IMG/VR virus record: IMGVR_UViG_3300027714_001912
Length of the DNA: 64,000 nucleotides
DNA from: an uncultured virus (IMG/VR IMGVR_UViG_3300027714_001912)
Lineage: Duplodnaviria; Heunggongvirae; Uroviricota; Caudoviricetes
Strand: one strand, 5' to 3'
This document shows positions 8,100 to 17,564 of the stretch, in pieces. The first letter of the stretch is position 1, and each line of letters opens with the position of its first letter. The translations under genes were made by a program, and so were the position numbers. The notes under the pieces were generated by a model. That model saw only the letters and a list, made by a program, of their open reading frames with translations. It ran no database searches and had not been told where the DNA came from.

Positions 8100-8130
8100 T
8101 GGCAAATTTTCATACAATTAGGAGAACAAC

Positions 8131-9189
8131 ATGAAAAAAGTAATATTAGGCGCATTAGCAGCTCTAACGTTAACAGCAAGTACAGCATTTGCTGACTATA
8201 CCCTAATCGTGCCACAGGCACCTGGTAAGGGCACTTCAGTTTGGAGTGAAATTATTGCTAAGAACTTAGAAAAGTTCCTAGGTGAACCAGTAGTGGTTCG
8301 TCATATTCCAGGCGCACGTGATATTCCTGGTTTCAACAAGTTCCATGACAGTCTACGTTTTGATGATAAAACAATCATGGTTGCACACGGTGGCAACGGT
8401 GTATCGTTTCTATTAGATAAAGTTAGATACAATTATTTCGATTATGAACTAATTGGTTCAATGAACAACGATATCGTTCTTGGTAAACAAGAAGGTAAAG
8501 ATGAAAAATCAGGAACTTGGACAATCGCAGGTGGCTCAGGTTTTGAACCAGATGCAGCCGCGGCAGCAATGTTAATCTGTGGCCCACAAACAAACGGTTC
8601 AATCGATGCCTACTTGGCATGTTGGAGAGAACGTGTTGTATGGGTTAACGGTGTATCAGGCGGTGAAAAGCGTCTAGGTTTCCAAAATGGTGAATTTGAT
8701 ATTGCACGTGAATCACCAGCGGCATGGAAGCGTTTCTATACAGATATCGAAGGTAATGAACTTTGGTTCACACATGGTATCTTAGACTTAGAAAACAATG
8801 TACAAATGGATGACGCTAACTTCCCGAATACACAATTTGAAGATGTGTATGAAAGATTATATGGCGAACGTCCAGCAGGAGATTTATATCAAGCATATAA
8901 ACTTACTCGTAACTGGCGTGACGCAATCCAAAAATCACTTTGGATGAACAAAGGTAACCCGAATGCGGCAAAAGTAAAAGCGGCTGTAACTGCGATGATT
9001 AATGACCCAGTTGCAAGTGCAGAAATTTATGCCAAGACAGGTGTTTATCCTTGGATTCAAGACGGTGATAGTCTATTAGCGGCTCTTAAATCTTTGATTA
9101 CAGAGAAAGCCCTAAAAGATGCGGTTCGTTGGAATCAAGAAGCATATGGCTTCCCATCAATCTATAAACCAGAACTACTAGAAGATTAA
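8131..9189 (+). CDS. tctC: Tripartite tricarboxylate transporter substrate-binding protein (TctC/Bug-like)
   Basis: Signal peptide; TLIVPQAPGKGT...LGEPVVVRHIPGA; adjacent to tctA. Confidence 0.8.
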   Translation: MKKVILGALAALTLTASTAFADYTLIVPQAPGKGTSVWSEIIAKNLEKFLGEPVVVRHIPGARDIPGFNKFHDSLRFDDKTIMVAHGGNGVSFLLDKVRYNYFDYELIGSMNNDIVLGKQEGKDEKSGTWTIAGGSGFEPDAAAAAMLICGPQTNGSIDAYLACWRERVVWVNGVSGGEKRLGFQNGEFDIARESPAAWKRFYTDIEGNELWFTHGILDLENNVQMDDANFPNTQFEDVYERLYGERPAGDLYQAYKLTRNWRDAIQKSLWMNKGNPNAAKVKAAVTAMINDPVASAEIYAKTGVYPWIQDGDSLLAALKSLITEKALKDAVRWNQEAYGFPSIYKPELLED

Positions 9190-9202
9190 GGAGTAGCATA
9201 AC

Positions 9203-10717
9203 ATGTGGTATGATTATGTAATGTGGGCGATGATAGGTACTTGTTACGGTATGTTAGTTGGTATTATTCCAATTGCTGGCGTAACAACAGCTCTAATTAC
9301 TGTCTTTAGCATGGGTGCTTACTTTATGGCCGACCCCTATTTGGGGTTGGTCTTTCTTACAGCAATTGTTGCAAGTTGTGCAAGTGCTGATAGTTACACA
9401 AGTATCCTAACAGGTATACCAGGGGCAAGTACTACAGCCGCCTGTGTTATTGACGGTTATCCAATGGCAAAGAAAGGACAAGCCGCCAGAGCAATGGGAA
9501 TTGCTATTACTGATTCCACATTTAATGGAGTTGTATTCGCGGCATTAACTTTCTTTTTACTTCCTTATTATGGGAAGATTATCGTATTATTTGGACGTCC
9601 AGAGTTTCTGGGCTTTATGACAATGGCTCTAGCCTGTGTAGGCTTTGTAGCAAGTAAAAATGTATTTTTAAGTATCTGTGCAATCATATTTGGATTAGCA
9701 TTAGGTATGGTTGGAGAAGATGTTGTAAGTAATCCTAGACTGACATTCGGTTGGGAATATTTACAAAGTGGAATTGGCATGGTTGTTCTACTATCAGGCT
9801 TATTCGGAGTTCCTGAATTATTGGACGGATTTAGAAAGAAATTAAAATCAGCTGCACCACCGCTTGAGGGAGACTATTGGGTTGGACTAAAGCAAGGTTT
9901 TGGTGATTGTAGACGACATTGGAAAGATATGGTTCGTGGCGGTTCAATTGGGTTCGTTACTGGCTTATTGCCGGGCGTAGGAGGAGCAGTAGGCGACTTC
10001 TTGGCATACGGTGCCACAAAAGCCGCACACAAAGGTAAAGACCAAGAAGTTCCATTTGGTGAAGGTAATCCTGTAGGACTACTAGGTTGTGAAGGAGCCA
10101 ACAATGCACAAAAAGTATCTAGTATGATACCAGCAGTGTTGTTTGGAATTCCAGCGGCACCATTTGCGGCTATGGTTATGGCAATCTGTATGTACTTTGG
10201 TATGGAGATTGGCACACCAAGTTTACTACAAGATTTGCAATTCACAAATGCTCTAGCATTTGGTTATATATTTGGTACAGTCGGCGTAGCATTGTTGAGT
10301 ATAGTCTTATACAAATACATTCTTAAAATACTAGAAGTACCTTTCTGGATTTATGCTACATTCATATTAGCAGTAATTGTTTATGCTAATATGCAATATA
10401 CAGGCGGCTGGGAAGATTTAGCCTTACTTGCAATTTTAAGTGCTGTCGGTGTTGTATGTAAAACATACAATATTAGTAGACCAGCAATTCTTGTTTCATA
10501 TGTCGTGGCATTTAAAATAGATGAATACTTTTGGGGAACATTACAGTTATATGGATATAAACAATGGAAACCAGGACTAAGTTCTATGTCAGATTTTAGA
10601 TGGTTTGATTTATTCAACATTTACAATCATCCTATCTTTATTGTATGTATAATAATCAGTCTTGCTATCTTTATTAACAGTGTTGTTAGAAAAGACAGAG
10701 GAATAGATTACGTATAA
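9203..10717 (+). CDS. tctA: Tripartite tricarboxylate transporter permease TctA
   Basis: ILTGIPG, DGYPMAKKGQA, GLLPGVGG, EGANNA, FGIP; polytopic membrane protein. Confidence 0.92.
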   Translation: MWYDYVMWAMIGTCYGMLVGIIPIAGVTTALITVFSMGAYFMADPYLGLVFLTAIVASCASADSYTSILTGIPGASTTAACVIDGYPMAKKGQAARAMGIAITDSTFNGVVFAALTFFLLPYYGKIIVLFGRPEFLGFMTMALACVGFVASKNVFLSICAIIFGLALGMVGEDVVSNPRLTFGWEYLQSGIGMVVLLSGLFGVPELLDGFRKKLKSAAPPLEGDYWVGLKQGFGDCRRHWKDMVRGGSIGFVTGLLPGVGGAVGDFLAYGATKAAHKGKDQEVPFGEGNPVGLLGCEGANNAQKVSSMIPAVLFGIPAAPFAAMVMAICMYFGMEIGTPSLLQDLQFTNALAFGYIFGTVGVALLSIVLYKYILKILEVPFWIYATFILAVIVYANMQYTGGWEDLALLAILSAVGVVCKTYNISRPAILVSYVVAFKIDEYFWGTLQLYGYKQWKPGLSSMSDFRWFDLFNIYNHPIFIVCIIISLAIFINSVVRKDRGIDYV

Positions 10718-10750
10718 TACATAATACTAATTGGAATAAAAAACTATCTG

Positions 10751-10779
10751 ATCCCGACAGCTTTAATAGCAGTTGGGAT
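10751..10779. terminator. Hairpin between convergent genes
   Basis: ATCCCGAC/GTTGGGAT stem with inner GCT/AGC. Confidence 0.5.
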
Positions 10780-10783
10780 TGGC

Positions 10784-11008
10784 CTATTTAAATAGGTTGT
10801 ACTTTTTAATCTTATGTATCAGCAGTGTTCTACCAATTCCCAATTCTAAAGCAGTATGAGTACGATTGAAACTATGCTTGATAAGAGCTTCTTCAATGCG
10901 AGTATGCTCTAATTCAGCTACTTCTGTAGCTAATGATTGTTCACGAACTGTTCCACCTAGAAAGTTCATTTGGTCCATAATCCAATTTTGTTCGTCATTA
11001 TTATTCAT
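10784..11008 (-). CDS. Fis-like helix-turn-helix (HTH_8) protein, 74 aa
   Basis: LE..RIEEAL....NRTHTALELGIGRTLLIHKIKKY; GGAG RBS before ATG 11008. Confidence 0.85.
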   Translation of the reverse strand: MNNNDEQNWIMDQMNFLGGTVREQSLATEVAELEHTRIEEALIKHSFNRTHTALELGIGRTLLIHKIKKYNLFK

Positions 11009-11032
11009 TTTGATCTCCACTTCATTAAAACT

Positions 11033-11052
11033 AGTGTAAATATATTTACACT
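11033..11052. promoter_or_regulatory. Perfect 20-bp palindrome with TAAATA on both strands, between divergent genes
   Basis: AGTGTAAATA-TATTTACACT. Confidence 0.6.
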
Positions 11053-11099
11053 TTAGAATAAATAACAGTATAGTTAACTTATATAAGGAGAAGCATACT

Positions 11100-11651
11100 A
11101 TGCATATATTTATAAGAACAATCATCCTTGTTTGTTTGACCCTGTCAATAGGAAATTTTGCTAATGCAGCCCCTATCGTAACTGACTCAACAAGCAATTC
11201 AACAGTAACAACAAAAGGCACAACTACGACAACCGTTAAATCGGCACCACCTAGTGCTATCAGTCCGAGTATTAATTCAAACAACAGCGACCTATGTACA
11301 ATTGGAGTAAGCGGAGCAGTGCAAACACAGATACTAGGTATCAGCGGAGGCGCAACAGTTAGAGACATGAACTGTGAGAGACTCAAGTTAGCTAAAACAA
11401 TCTATGACATGGGTATGAAGGTCGCGGCCGTTAGTGTTATGTGTCAAGACACAAGAGTATTCAAAGCCATGGAAATGGCAGGCACTCCTTGTCCGTTTAT
11501 GGGTAAAATTGGTGAAGAGGCTCAAACATCTTGGGACGCTAAACCAGAATTGAAGCCAGAAGTAAAACATGAGGAGATGAGACAAAATGATAAACTCAAA
11601 GGTGCTGCAATGGGCGTTGGTTCTGTTTTGTTGCTTTTGCTTCTCTTATAA
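11100..11651 (+). CDS. Exported Cys-containing protein with a C-terminal membrane anchor
   Basis: Signal peptide, Thr/Ser linker, DLC...NCERLK...MCQD...TPCP, hydrophobic tail. Confidence 0.8.
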   Translation: MHIFIRTIILVCLTLSIGNFANAAPIVTDSTSNSTVTTKGTTTTTVKSAPPSAISPSINSNNSDLCTIGVSGAVQTQILGISGGATVRDMNCERLKLAKTIYDMGMKVAAVSVMCQDTRVFKAMEMAGTPCPFMGKIGEEAQTSWDAKPELKPEVKHEEMRQNDKLKGAAMGVGSVLLLLLLL

Positions 11652-13851
11652 AAGCCTAGCTGACACTACAACTAATCCAGTAGAATTAAACTTATCAGAT
11701 GGAACCATTGCGAATCCACAATTTGGATGTCCTAGTGGAACAACAGCCGCACAGGTCAACAGTTCAAATTGGGGAACAAAAACAGTTCGCTTTGGTGAAT
11801 GTATAAACACATTTGCTATCTCATATGCAATCAATCAAGCACTTCAAGGCGTTGGAATAAGTATTGACAAGGTACATTATAACTGGCGTTATGTTCACTG
11901 TTTTAATACGCCAGGACAGAGTTGTAATTCTAACATAGAGAACAGAGTTAATACATCTACAGGTGAGATTACTGATACTACTTATTGGGACGAATTAACA
12001 GTTGTAATTGAGGTTACAGACAGTAGTGGAAATGTAGTTGAAACTAAAACATGGAACATGGATAAGTGGTACAAATACAATGCAGACAACAGTCATAGTT
12101 CTAATGAAGTCAAGGTAGGTACTACACGTTGGCAGATACACGAAGACAATATAGAAGTATACAATCATTTACAAAACTCAGGAACAATACGAACACCTAA
12201 CTCTTTGGGAGATGTTAGATTTAGAGTAACAGGATACGACAAAGGTAATTGGGATGGATTTTATGGACCTGTAATTAGCAAATTTCAAACTTGGTTTACA
12301 TATAGAACTAATCCATGTACTCAGACAGCATTGTATGACGCAAGTTGTCCAGGCTATTCAGAAGCATATGCAATATATACATATAACACTGCCTGTGCAT
12401 CAAGTGCATTATATGACAGTGGTTGTCCAGGTTACGCAGCCGCATACTATACTCAACAATGTAACGCCAGTGCTTTATATGATAGTGGATGCTCAGGTTA
12501 TGCAGCCGCTTATTACACACAGCAATGTAACGCTAGTGCTTTATATGATAGTGGGTGTAATGGATACGCAGAAGCATACTACAGTCAACAATGTGGCATA
12601 AGTGCATTGTACGATAGTGGATGTACAGGTTATGAAGCAGCATACTTTACATATCAATGTACAGCAAATCCATTATATAATAGTGCTTGCTCAGGATACA
12701 CCGCCGCTTATCTAGCTCAACAATGTGGAATTAATTCATTGTATGATAGTGCTTGTCCAAATTATGCAACAGAATACTACAAAGCACAATGTAAACTTAG
12801 TCCATTATACGATAGTGGATGTGATGGACATAAATTAGCACAATGTGATGCTAACCCATTATATGACTTTACATGTACAGGATATAGTAAAGCATACCTT
12901 AGCCAACAGTGTTTATATAATCCACAATACGATAAAACTTGTACAGGATACATAGCACCAATTGTTGCACCACCTACTAGTACTAATCCAATTGTTATAC
13001 CAGGAGCAGGTACGGGTGATACTATAGTTGATAGCATAATTGCATTACCACCTAAATTACCAGAATTAATTATAATGCCTCAACCAGAGATAAAACCAAC
13101 ACCTGAAGTAACTTTACCAACAGTAATTGATACAAAAGTTCCAGTAATAGAAGCACCAGTAATTGTTGTAGAACTAACAATTGTGGACAACATTGAAGCA
13201 CAAGTAGACAAAGAAATAGAAGCACAACTAATGGAAGAGGTTATTGTAGACGAACCAATAGTAGAGGAGATAGTTACAAATGACACGCAAGAAGAAAAAG
13301 AAGAAGATACCGATACTGTCAACGAAACAGTGGAAGACACTGGTGAAGATACTGGCTCTACAGAATCTGATGAAACAGATGAAGCAGAGGAAGTTACAGA
13401 AGAAGCTGAAGTAGTTGAAGAAAAAGCAGTTGACGAGAAGGTAGTCGAAGAGAAGGCTGTCGAAGAAAAGAAAGTAGTTGAAGAAGTAGTTGTTGCTAAG
13501 AAACCTACTAAAAAGATTGTAATGACTAAGAAACAAAAGCGTGATGCTAAGATAAAGAAAATGAGAGAGATTATAAAGAACAAGTTAAAAGCGTTAGCTA
13601 TTACAATGGGCAAAGCAGTTACATTAGAACAGCAACAAGCATTACAAGCACAGATAAACGCATTGATTAACTTCGTACCGGGCTTTAATGCATACGGTAA
13701 GCAGATGATACCTGGAGTAGATTTTTATACTACTAAGGATATTTACAGAGATAGGATAGTCCCAGAAAACAATCGAGGACTACTTAATGGACTTGCAAGT
13801 CAAATACTTCATGAGAAGATGGTAGACATGCAATACGAGGGAATGAAATAA
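11587..13851 (+). CDS. Large exported protein with Cys-rich repeats, a Pro-rich and acidic stalk and a basic coiled-coil end
   Basis: Signal-like N-terminus; ten CxxxxLYxxxCxGY repeats; start approximate. Confidence 0.85.
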   Translation: MINSKVLQWALVLFCCFCFSYKSLADTTTNPVELNLSDGTIANPQFGCPSGTTAAQVNSSNWGTKTVRFGECINTFAISYAINQALQGVGISIDKVHYNWRYVHCFNTPGQSCNSNIENRVNTSTGEITDTTYWDELTVVIEVTDSSGNVVETKTWNMDKWYKYNADNSHSSNEVKVGTTRWQIHEDNIEVYNHLQNSGTIRTPNSLGDVRFRVTGYDKGNWDGFYGPVISKFQTWFTYRTNPCTQTALYDASCPGYSEAYAIYTYNTACASSALYDSGCPGYAAAYYTQQCNASALYDSGCSGYAAAYYTQQCNASALYDSGCNGYAEAYYSQQCGISALYDSGCTGYEAAYFTYQCTANPLYNSACSGYTAAYLAQQCGINSLYDSACPNYATEYYKAQCKLSPLYDSGCDGHKLAQCDANPLYDFTCTGYSKAYLSQQCLYNPQYDKTCTGYIAPIVAPPTSTNPIVIPGAGTGDTIVDSIIALPPKLPELIIMPQPEIKPTPEVTLPTVIDTKVPVIEAPVIVVELTIVDNIEAQVDKEIEAQLMEEVIVDEPIVEEIVTNDTQEEKEEDTDTVNETVEDTGEDTGSTESDETDEAEEVTEEAEVVEEKAVDEKVVEEKAVEEKKVVEEVVVAKKPTKKIVMTKKQKRDAKIKKMREIIKNKLKALAITMGKAVTLEQQQALQAQINALINFVPGFNAYGKQMIPGVDFYTTKDIYRDRIVPENNRGLLNGLASQILHEKMVDMQYEGMK
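12316..12951 (+). repeat. Ten degenerate in-frame tandem repeats, mostly 66 bp (22 aa)
   Basis: CNASALYDSGCSGYAAAYYTQQ-type units. Confidence 0.9.
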
Positions 13852-14177
13852 TGCCCGGATTAATATGTGGAATAGCACTATCAGCACACTTGTTGATGAA
13901 TGGAAACTATAACGCTATCCATCCATATTGTAATTACGAAACACCTAAGAGTTATATAGCTGGTGCGTACTACAACAGTGTGGATAGAATGAGTTTGTTT
14001 GCTGGATATAAGTGGAGGCTTAATAGCGATATATCAATGGATATAGTTGCAGTCACAGGTTATTACGAGTATGACATTGTTCCATCAGTCAGGCTAAATT
14101 ACAAGAATGTTTTTGTCATGCCTGCAGTAGAAGAAGACACAGTCGGGATCGTAGTTGGCCTAGACTTTAAATTTTAA
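13851..14177 (+). CDS. Small outer-membrane beta-barrel-like protein
   Basis: Amphipathic strands, GAYYNS..RMSLFAGY, VTGY, terminal F. Confidence 0.55.
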   Translation: MPGLICGIALSAHLLMNGNYNAIHPYCNYETPKSYIAGAYYNSVDRMSLFAGYKWRLNSDISMDIVAVTGYYEYDIVPSVRLNYKNVFVMPAVEEDTVGIVVGLDFKF

Positions 14178-14187
14178 GGAGTAACTT

Positions 14188-14673
14188 ATGAGTATAATGA
14201 AATATGCAGCAGGTGTGCCAGTAGTGGCAGCAGTAGTTGCGTCACTGTATGGAGGTCTTAGTTATGTAAACGGACTTCAAAATACAATAGAAGCTAACGA
14301 GAAAACAATAATAACATTAACAATGAACCAAAAGAGCAACCACGATAAAGTTAACAGTGAAATTGCCAATATGCATACAAACCTCGATGACAGGATATCA
14401 GCAGAGATGGATAAACTGAACATTCGTGTAAACAACAATGATGAAAGATTAAAAACAGGAAGAGAAGAACTTCTTATTGAAATGACTAACTTTTCTAAAG
14501 TAATTGCTGACATTAATGCAAAAGTTAATGTACTAAGAGATGCCTCTTACAAGACAGCAAGTATGGCTGAATTAAGTGCGTTAGAAGAACTAGTTCGCAA
14601 CACATCAGACAGCATGCGTGAATTTACTTACTCCATAAAAGAGATGGAACGTAAACTCAACGGAGGGTATTAA
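14188..14673 (+). CDS. Membrane-anchored coiled-coil protein
   Basis: N-terminal TM segment followed by heptads. Confidence 0.75.
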   Translation: MSIMKYAAGVPVVAAVVASLYGGLSYVNGLQNTIEANEKTIITLTMNQKSNHDKVNSEIANMHTNLDDRISAEMDKLNIRVNNNDERLKTGREELLIEMTNFSKVIADINAKVNVLRDASYKTASMAELSALEELVRNTSDSMREFTYSIKEMERKLNGGY

Positions 14674-14674
14674 A

Positions 14675-15142
14675 ATGGATAGAAATGTATTAACTGGAGC
14701 ACTAATACTAGTAGTAGTTGCAATAGCATTTTGGGTTAAGCCAGCACAAGCGGCTAACGAATACCTTCAGGGTGGACAGCATTGTGATCCTGTTACACTA
14801 GAACCATATGTTGAACTTAACAAAGGCGACGACACTAGCGGTAATAACTATCCTAGTAGTTCAAGCAATAATTATAATTCAAGCAGAGACAGTGAAAACT
14901 TAAGAGTTGGTGTTAGATTACGAATTTCATTAGGTGGAACATGTACAAAGAAGTATAGAAAAACTATGCTACAGAACGAACTGTTAAGACAACAGCTTGA
15001 AATGTTAAAAATGTGTGCTAGGTATAAAGATTTAGAACTAGGCCCTGAGTTCGCAGAAGTAAGAGAAATGTGTGCAGGAGTACGCAAGGCCAAAATAGAA
15101 AACAAACTGGAAATACCAAACGAAAAACCAGTCAAGGAGTAA
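14675..15142 (+). CDS. Exported Cys-containing hypothetical protein
   Basis: Signal peptide ending AQA; four Cys. Confidence 0.75.
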   Translation: MDRNVLTGALILVVVAIAFWVKPAQAANEYLQGGQHCDPVTLEPYVELNKGDDTSGNNYPSSSSNNYNSSRDSENLRVGVRLRISLGGTCTKKYRKTMLQNELLRQQLEMLKMCARYKDLELGPEFAEVREMCAGVRKAKIENKLEIPNEKPVKE

Positions 15143-15148
15143 TATTTA

Positions 15149-15658
15149 ATGAGTGAAAAAACAACAGTAGAAGTTGGCGGAGTAAAATTTACAGGCGGTA
15201 AATTATTCTTGGTCATTACACTGTTAAGTACTCTAGGTGGAATAGCATGGGGAGGCTTTGAATTCTATAATGACTATAGAGTTATGAAGGCTAAAATAGA
15301 ACGCTATGTTGCACCAGACTTAAAAGGAATTAGATCGGAACTTGCAATCATTGATCAAAAGCTAGACGATGCACTTGAATACTCTAAGGATATCAAAAAC
15401 GGATTACGTGATGATATTGTTAGACTAGAGCGTATTGTTGATGCAGTTGAAGATGATGTAAACAAAACAGAAGATAAAACACGTGAACTAATAACATTAG
15501 CTGACCAACGTTTTGAAAACAAACGTGATCAGTTGTTAACAGATTACGAACAAAAAGCTGATAGTTTACGTACAAGTACTGATATAAAACTTAAAGAACT
15601 AGAAATTAGACTTAACAAACGATTACAGAGAGCACTTGATAACCCATTAGCAAACTAA
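15149..15658 (+). CDS. Membrane-anchored coiled-coil protein
   Basis: TM segment, heptads, ends ALDNPLAN. Confidence 0.75.
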   Translation: MSEKTTVEVGGVKFTGGKLFLVITLLSTLGGIAWGGFEFYNDYRVMKAKIERYVAPDLKGIRSELAIIDQKLDDALEYSKDIKNGLRDDIVRLERIVDAVEDDVNKTEDKTRELITLADQRFENKRDQLLTDYEQKADSLRTSTDIKLKELEIRLNKRLQRALDNPLAN

Positions 15659-16812
15659 CCTTTAGTTTTAGCTAACCCACACTGTCTAGCACATAGCTCG
15701 ACTTTATCAAAGTTACTCATAATCTTCTTAATAGCAACACCTTCGATAATCTCATCGTAGGTGTTGTTATATATACTCAACGATTTCTCATCTTCCTTTG
15801 TAATTCCAGCGTGATCAAAGTGTTCTTGCTGTCCAACTCTCATATAACAACAAGGTAAGAACAATCCTTCACTTGATATAAAGTTACTATGTCCTTCTAT
15901 GTTTATGCATTGTGGAGATACCTTCTCAGTATGTACTAATTCCTTTTTAAGTTGAGGTATCCTTTGAAACTTTCTATTAACGTTGATATTCGTTTTACCA
16001 AGTTCTTCTGTCTTAACATCATTAGCCTGAGCAAACTTCTTTACTACTTTGTCTGTTTCCATTTTAACATGTGCATTCTTCTCAGTATTTTCTATAATAG
16101 ACTTAGATTTAAACACACTTGTTCTTGGAGTAACAGCTACACTTAGCTTAGGTTTATTAAGATGTTCCATGTTCCACACATATTCTTCTAGTTTAACCAA
16201 GTTGTCATCAAAGTCTGCTTTATTAGCTAGCTGTCCTTTTTCTGCTCTGTGTGTATGTACAATAACAAACTCTTGCATACCCATTTCATACGCTTTATCA
16301 TATGCAGTTTTCATATCTTCAAACGTTTGATTGTATTTGAATACAATATACTTCCATCTAGCTCTACCACCGCCTTGTGCTATAATTCTAGCACCCATCT
16401 CTATACTTTCCCAGTCAGCATTGACTCTATATTGTGTAAAGTTATCAGGTGTGCCGTCTATGCTAAAAATAACACAGTCTTTCCATGTCATCATTTTAGC
16501 AAGTTCTTTCCAATCTGCTTCGGGTCTTCTGCTACCATTAGTATCAAAGTTAAATGATGCACCAGCTTCTTTAATAGCTTTTAATGTAGTTACTAGGTGT
16601 GGATGATATAATCCATCGCCATATGCACCGCCTAGTTGGAATCGTTTGTATTCAGATGTTTTTAAGAACTCTAATAGTTTCTCATGATCAACGTGTCCAT
16701 TATCCCATACTCGTCGCATGTGGGCTTGGTATGTTCGTGGACAGTTAGGACATAGCAATACACATTTTGATGTGAGTTCTAGTTCTACCTTAAAAGACTT
16801 ACTGAATTTCAT
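15655..16812 (-). CDS. Radical SAM enzyme with a C-terminal SPASM-like domain
   Basis: CVLLCPNC, FSIDG, LPCC...CARQC. Confidence 0.9.
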   Translation of the reverse strand: MKFSKSFKVELELTSKCVLLCPNCPRTYQAHMRRVWDNGHVDHEKLLEFLKTSEYKRFQLGGAYGDGLYHPHLVTTLKAIKEAGASFNFDTNGSRRPEADWKELAKMMTWKDCVIFSIDGTPDNFTQYRVNADWESIEMGARIIAQGGGRARWKYIVFKYNQTFEDMKTAYDKAYEMGMQEFVIVHTHRAEKGQLANKADFDDNLVKLEEYVWNMEHLNKPKLSVAVTPRTSVFKSKSIIENTEKNAHVKMETDKVVKKFAQANDVKTEELGKTNINVNRKFQRIPQLKKELVHTEKVSPQCINIEGHSNFISSEGLFLPCCYMRVGQQEHFDHAGITKEDEKSLSIYNNTYDEIIEGVAIKKIMSNFDKVELCARQCGLAKTKG

Positions 16813-16845
16813 TTATGTACCTGTGTATTAACTGCAATGTTAATA

Positions 16846-16865
16846 TGCATAAATATATTTATGCA
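16846..16865. promoter_or_regulatory. Perfect 20-bp palindrome with ATAAATA on both strands, between divergent genes
   Basis: TGCATAAATA-TATTTATGCA. Confidence 0.6.
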
Positions 16866-16885
16866 AAAAGAAATCACCATAACAC

Positions 16886-16914
16886 TTGACATTTCAGTCA
16901 ATTCAATGTATTAT
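16886..16914 (+). promoter_or_regulatory. Sigma70-type promoter
   Basis: TTGACA-17-TATTAT. Confidence 0.65.
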
Positions 16915-16924
16915 TGTAATACAA

Positions 16925-17551
16925 ATGAGTAGACTATTAATTATAACCGGACCACAAGGTAGTGGCAATCATGTATTCAGTAAGTGTTTAGCATTACACG
17001 AAAGTGTATTTGGCTGGAAAAGCCTGTTAAATACGTATTGGGAAGGACATCATCACGAACCTTTTGCTGATGCTTGGGAAGATCCAGAACTACTACATGA
17101 GTTTGATTGGAAACAAAGTGATTACTTTGTAACAAGTGTTAGTACACCATATTTTAAGAATCAAAAAGCAGTGATACCTAACTTTGAAAGATTTATAAAC
17201 GTTGCACTACAATACGTAGATGACATAGACGTAGCAATTATTGGCAGAGATCAAAACATACTAAAATCTCAGCAAACAAGAGTACGTAAGCAACACACTA
17301 CACCGTTAGCATTAGATCATTTTAATTGGTTATTTGCTAACCAACAATGCACATTTTTAAGCCAAGAACTATTATACTTGTACAAGCAGAACTATTTAGA
17401 ACAAGTAAGCAGAGATATAGATTGGCCAATAGCCTATTGGGATCCAGAGATAGATGCAATACTATCACATGATGCTAATAATAAGTACGTCAAGGATGTA
17501 CACGAATACTGGTTGGACTTCGAAGTTCATAGAGCAGTCAAAGAAAGTTAA
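16925..17551 (+). CDS. P-loop sulfotransferase-like protein
   Basis: IITGPQGSGNH, IIGRD; ATG 16925 preferred. Confidence 0.55.
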   Translation: MSRLLIITGPQGSGNHVFSKCLALHESVFGWKSLLNTYWEGHHHEPFADAWEDPELLHEFDWKQSDYFVTSVSTPYFKNQKAVIPNFERFINVALQYVDDIDVAIIGRDQNILKSQQTRVRKQHTTPLALDHFNWLFANQQCTFLSQELLYLYKQNYLEQVSRDIDWPIAYWDPEIDAILSHDANNKYVKDVHEYWLDFEVHRAVKES

Positions 17552-17564
17552 TTAGAGAGAATAT

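Noticed and set aside
10784..11386. 200-aa minus-strand ORF as listed in the track
   Set aside because: The upstream part is antisense to the gene at 11100; only 10784..11008 has an RBS and a recognisable domain
12316..12951. Diversity-generating retroelement TR/VR pair
   Set aside because: The repeats are tandem and in frame, differ largely at synonymous positions rather than adenines, and no reverse transcriptase is present
13080..13613. Ser/Thr-rich antisense ORFs (also 32791..33282 and many other short minus-strand ORFs)
   Set aside because: Mirror images of low-complexity Glu/Val-rich or otherwise well-supported plus-strand genes
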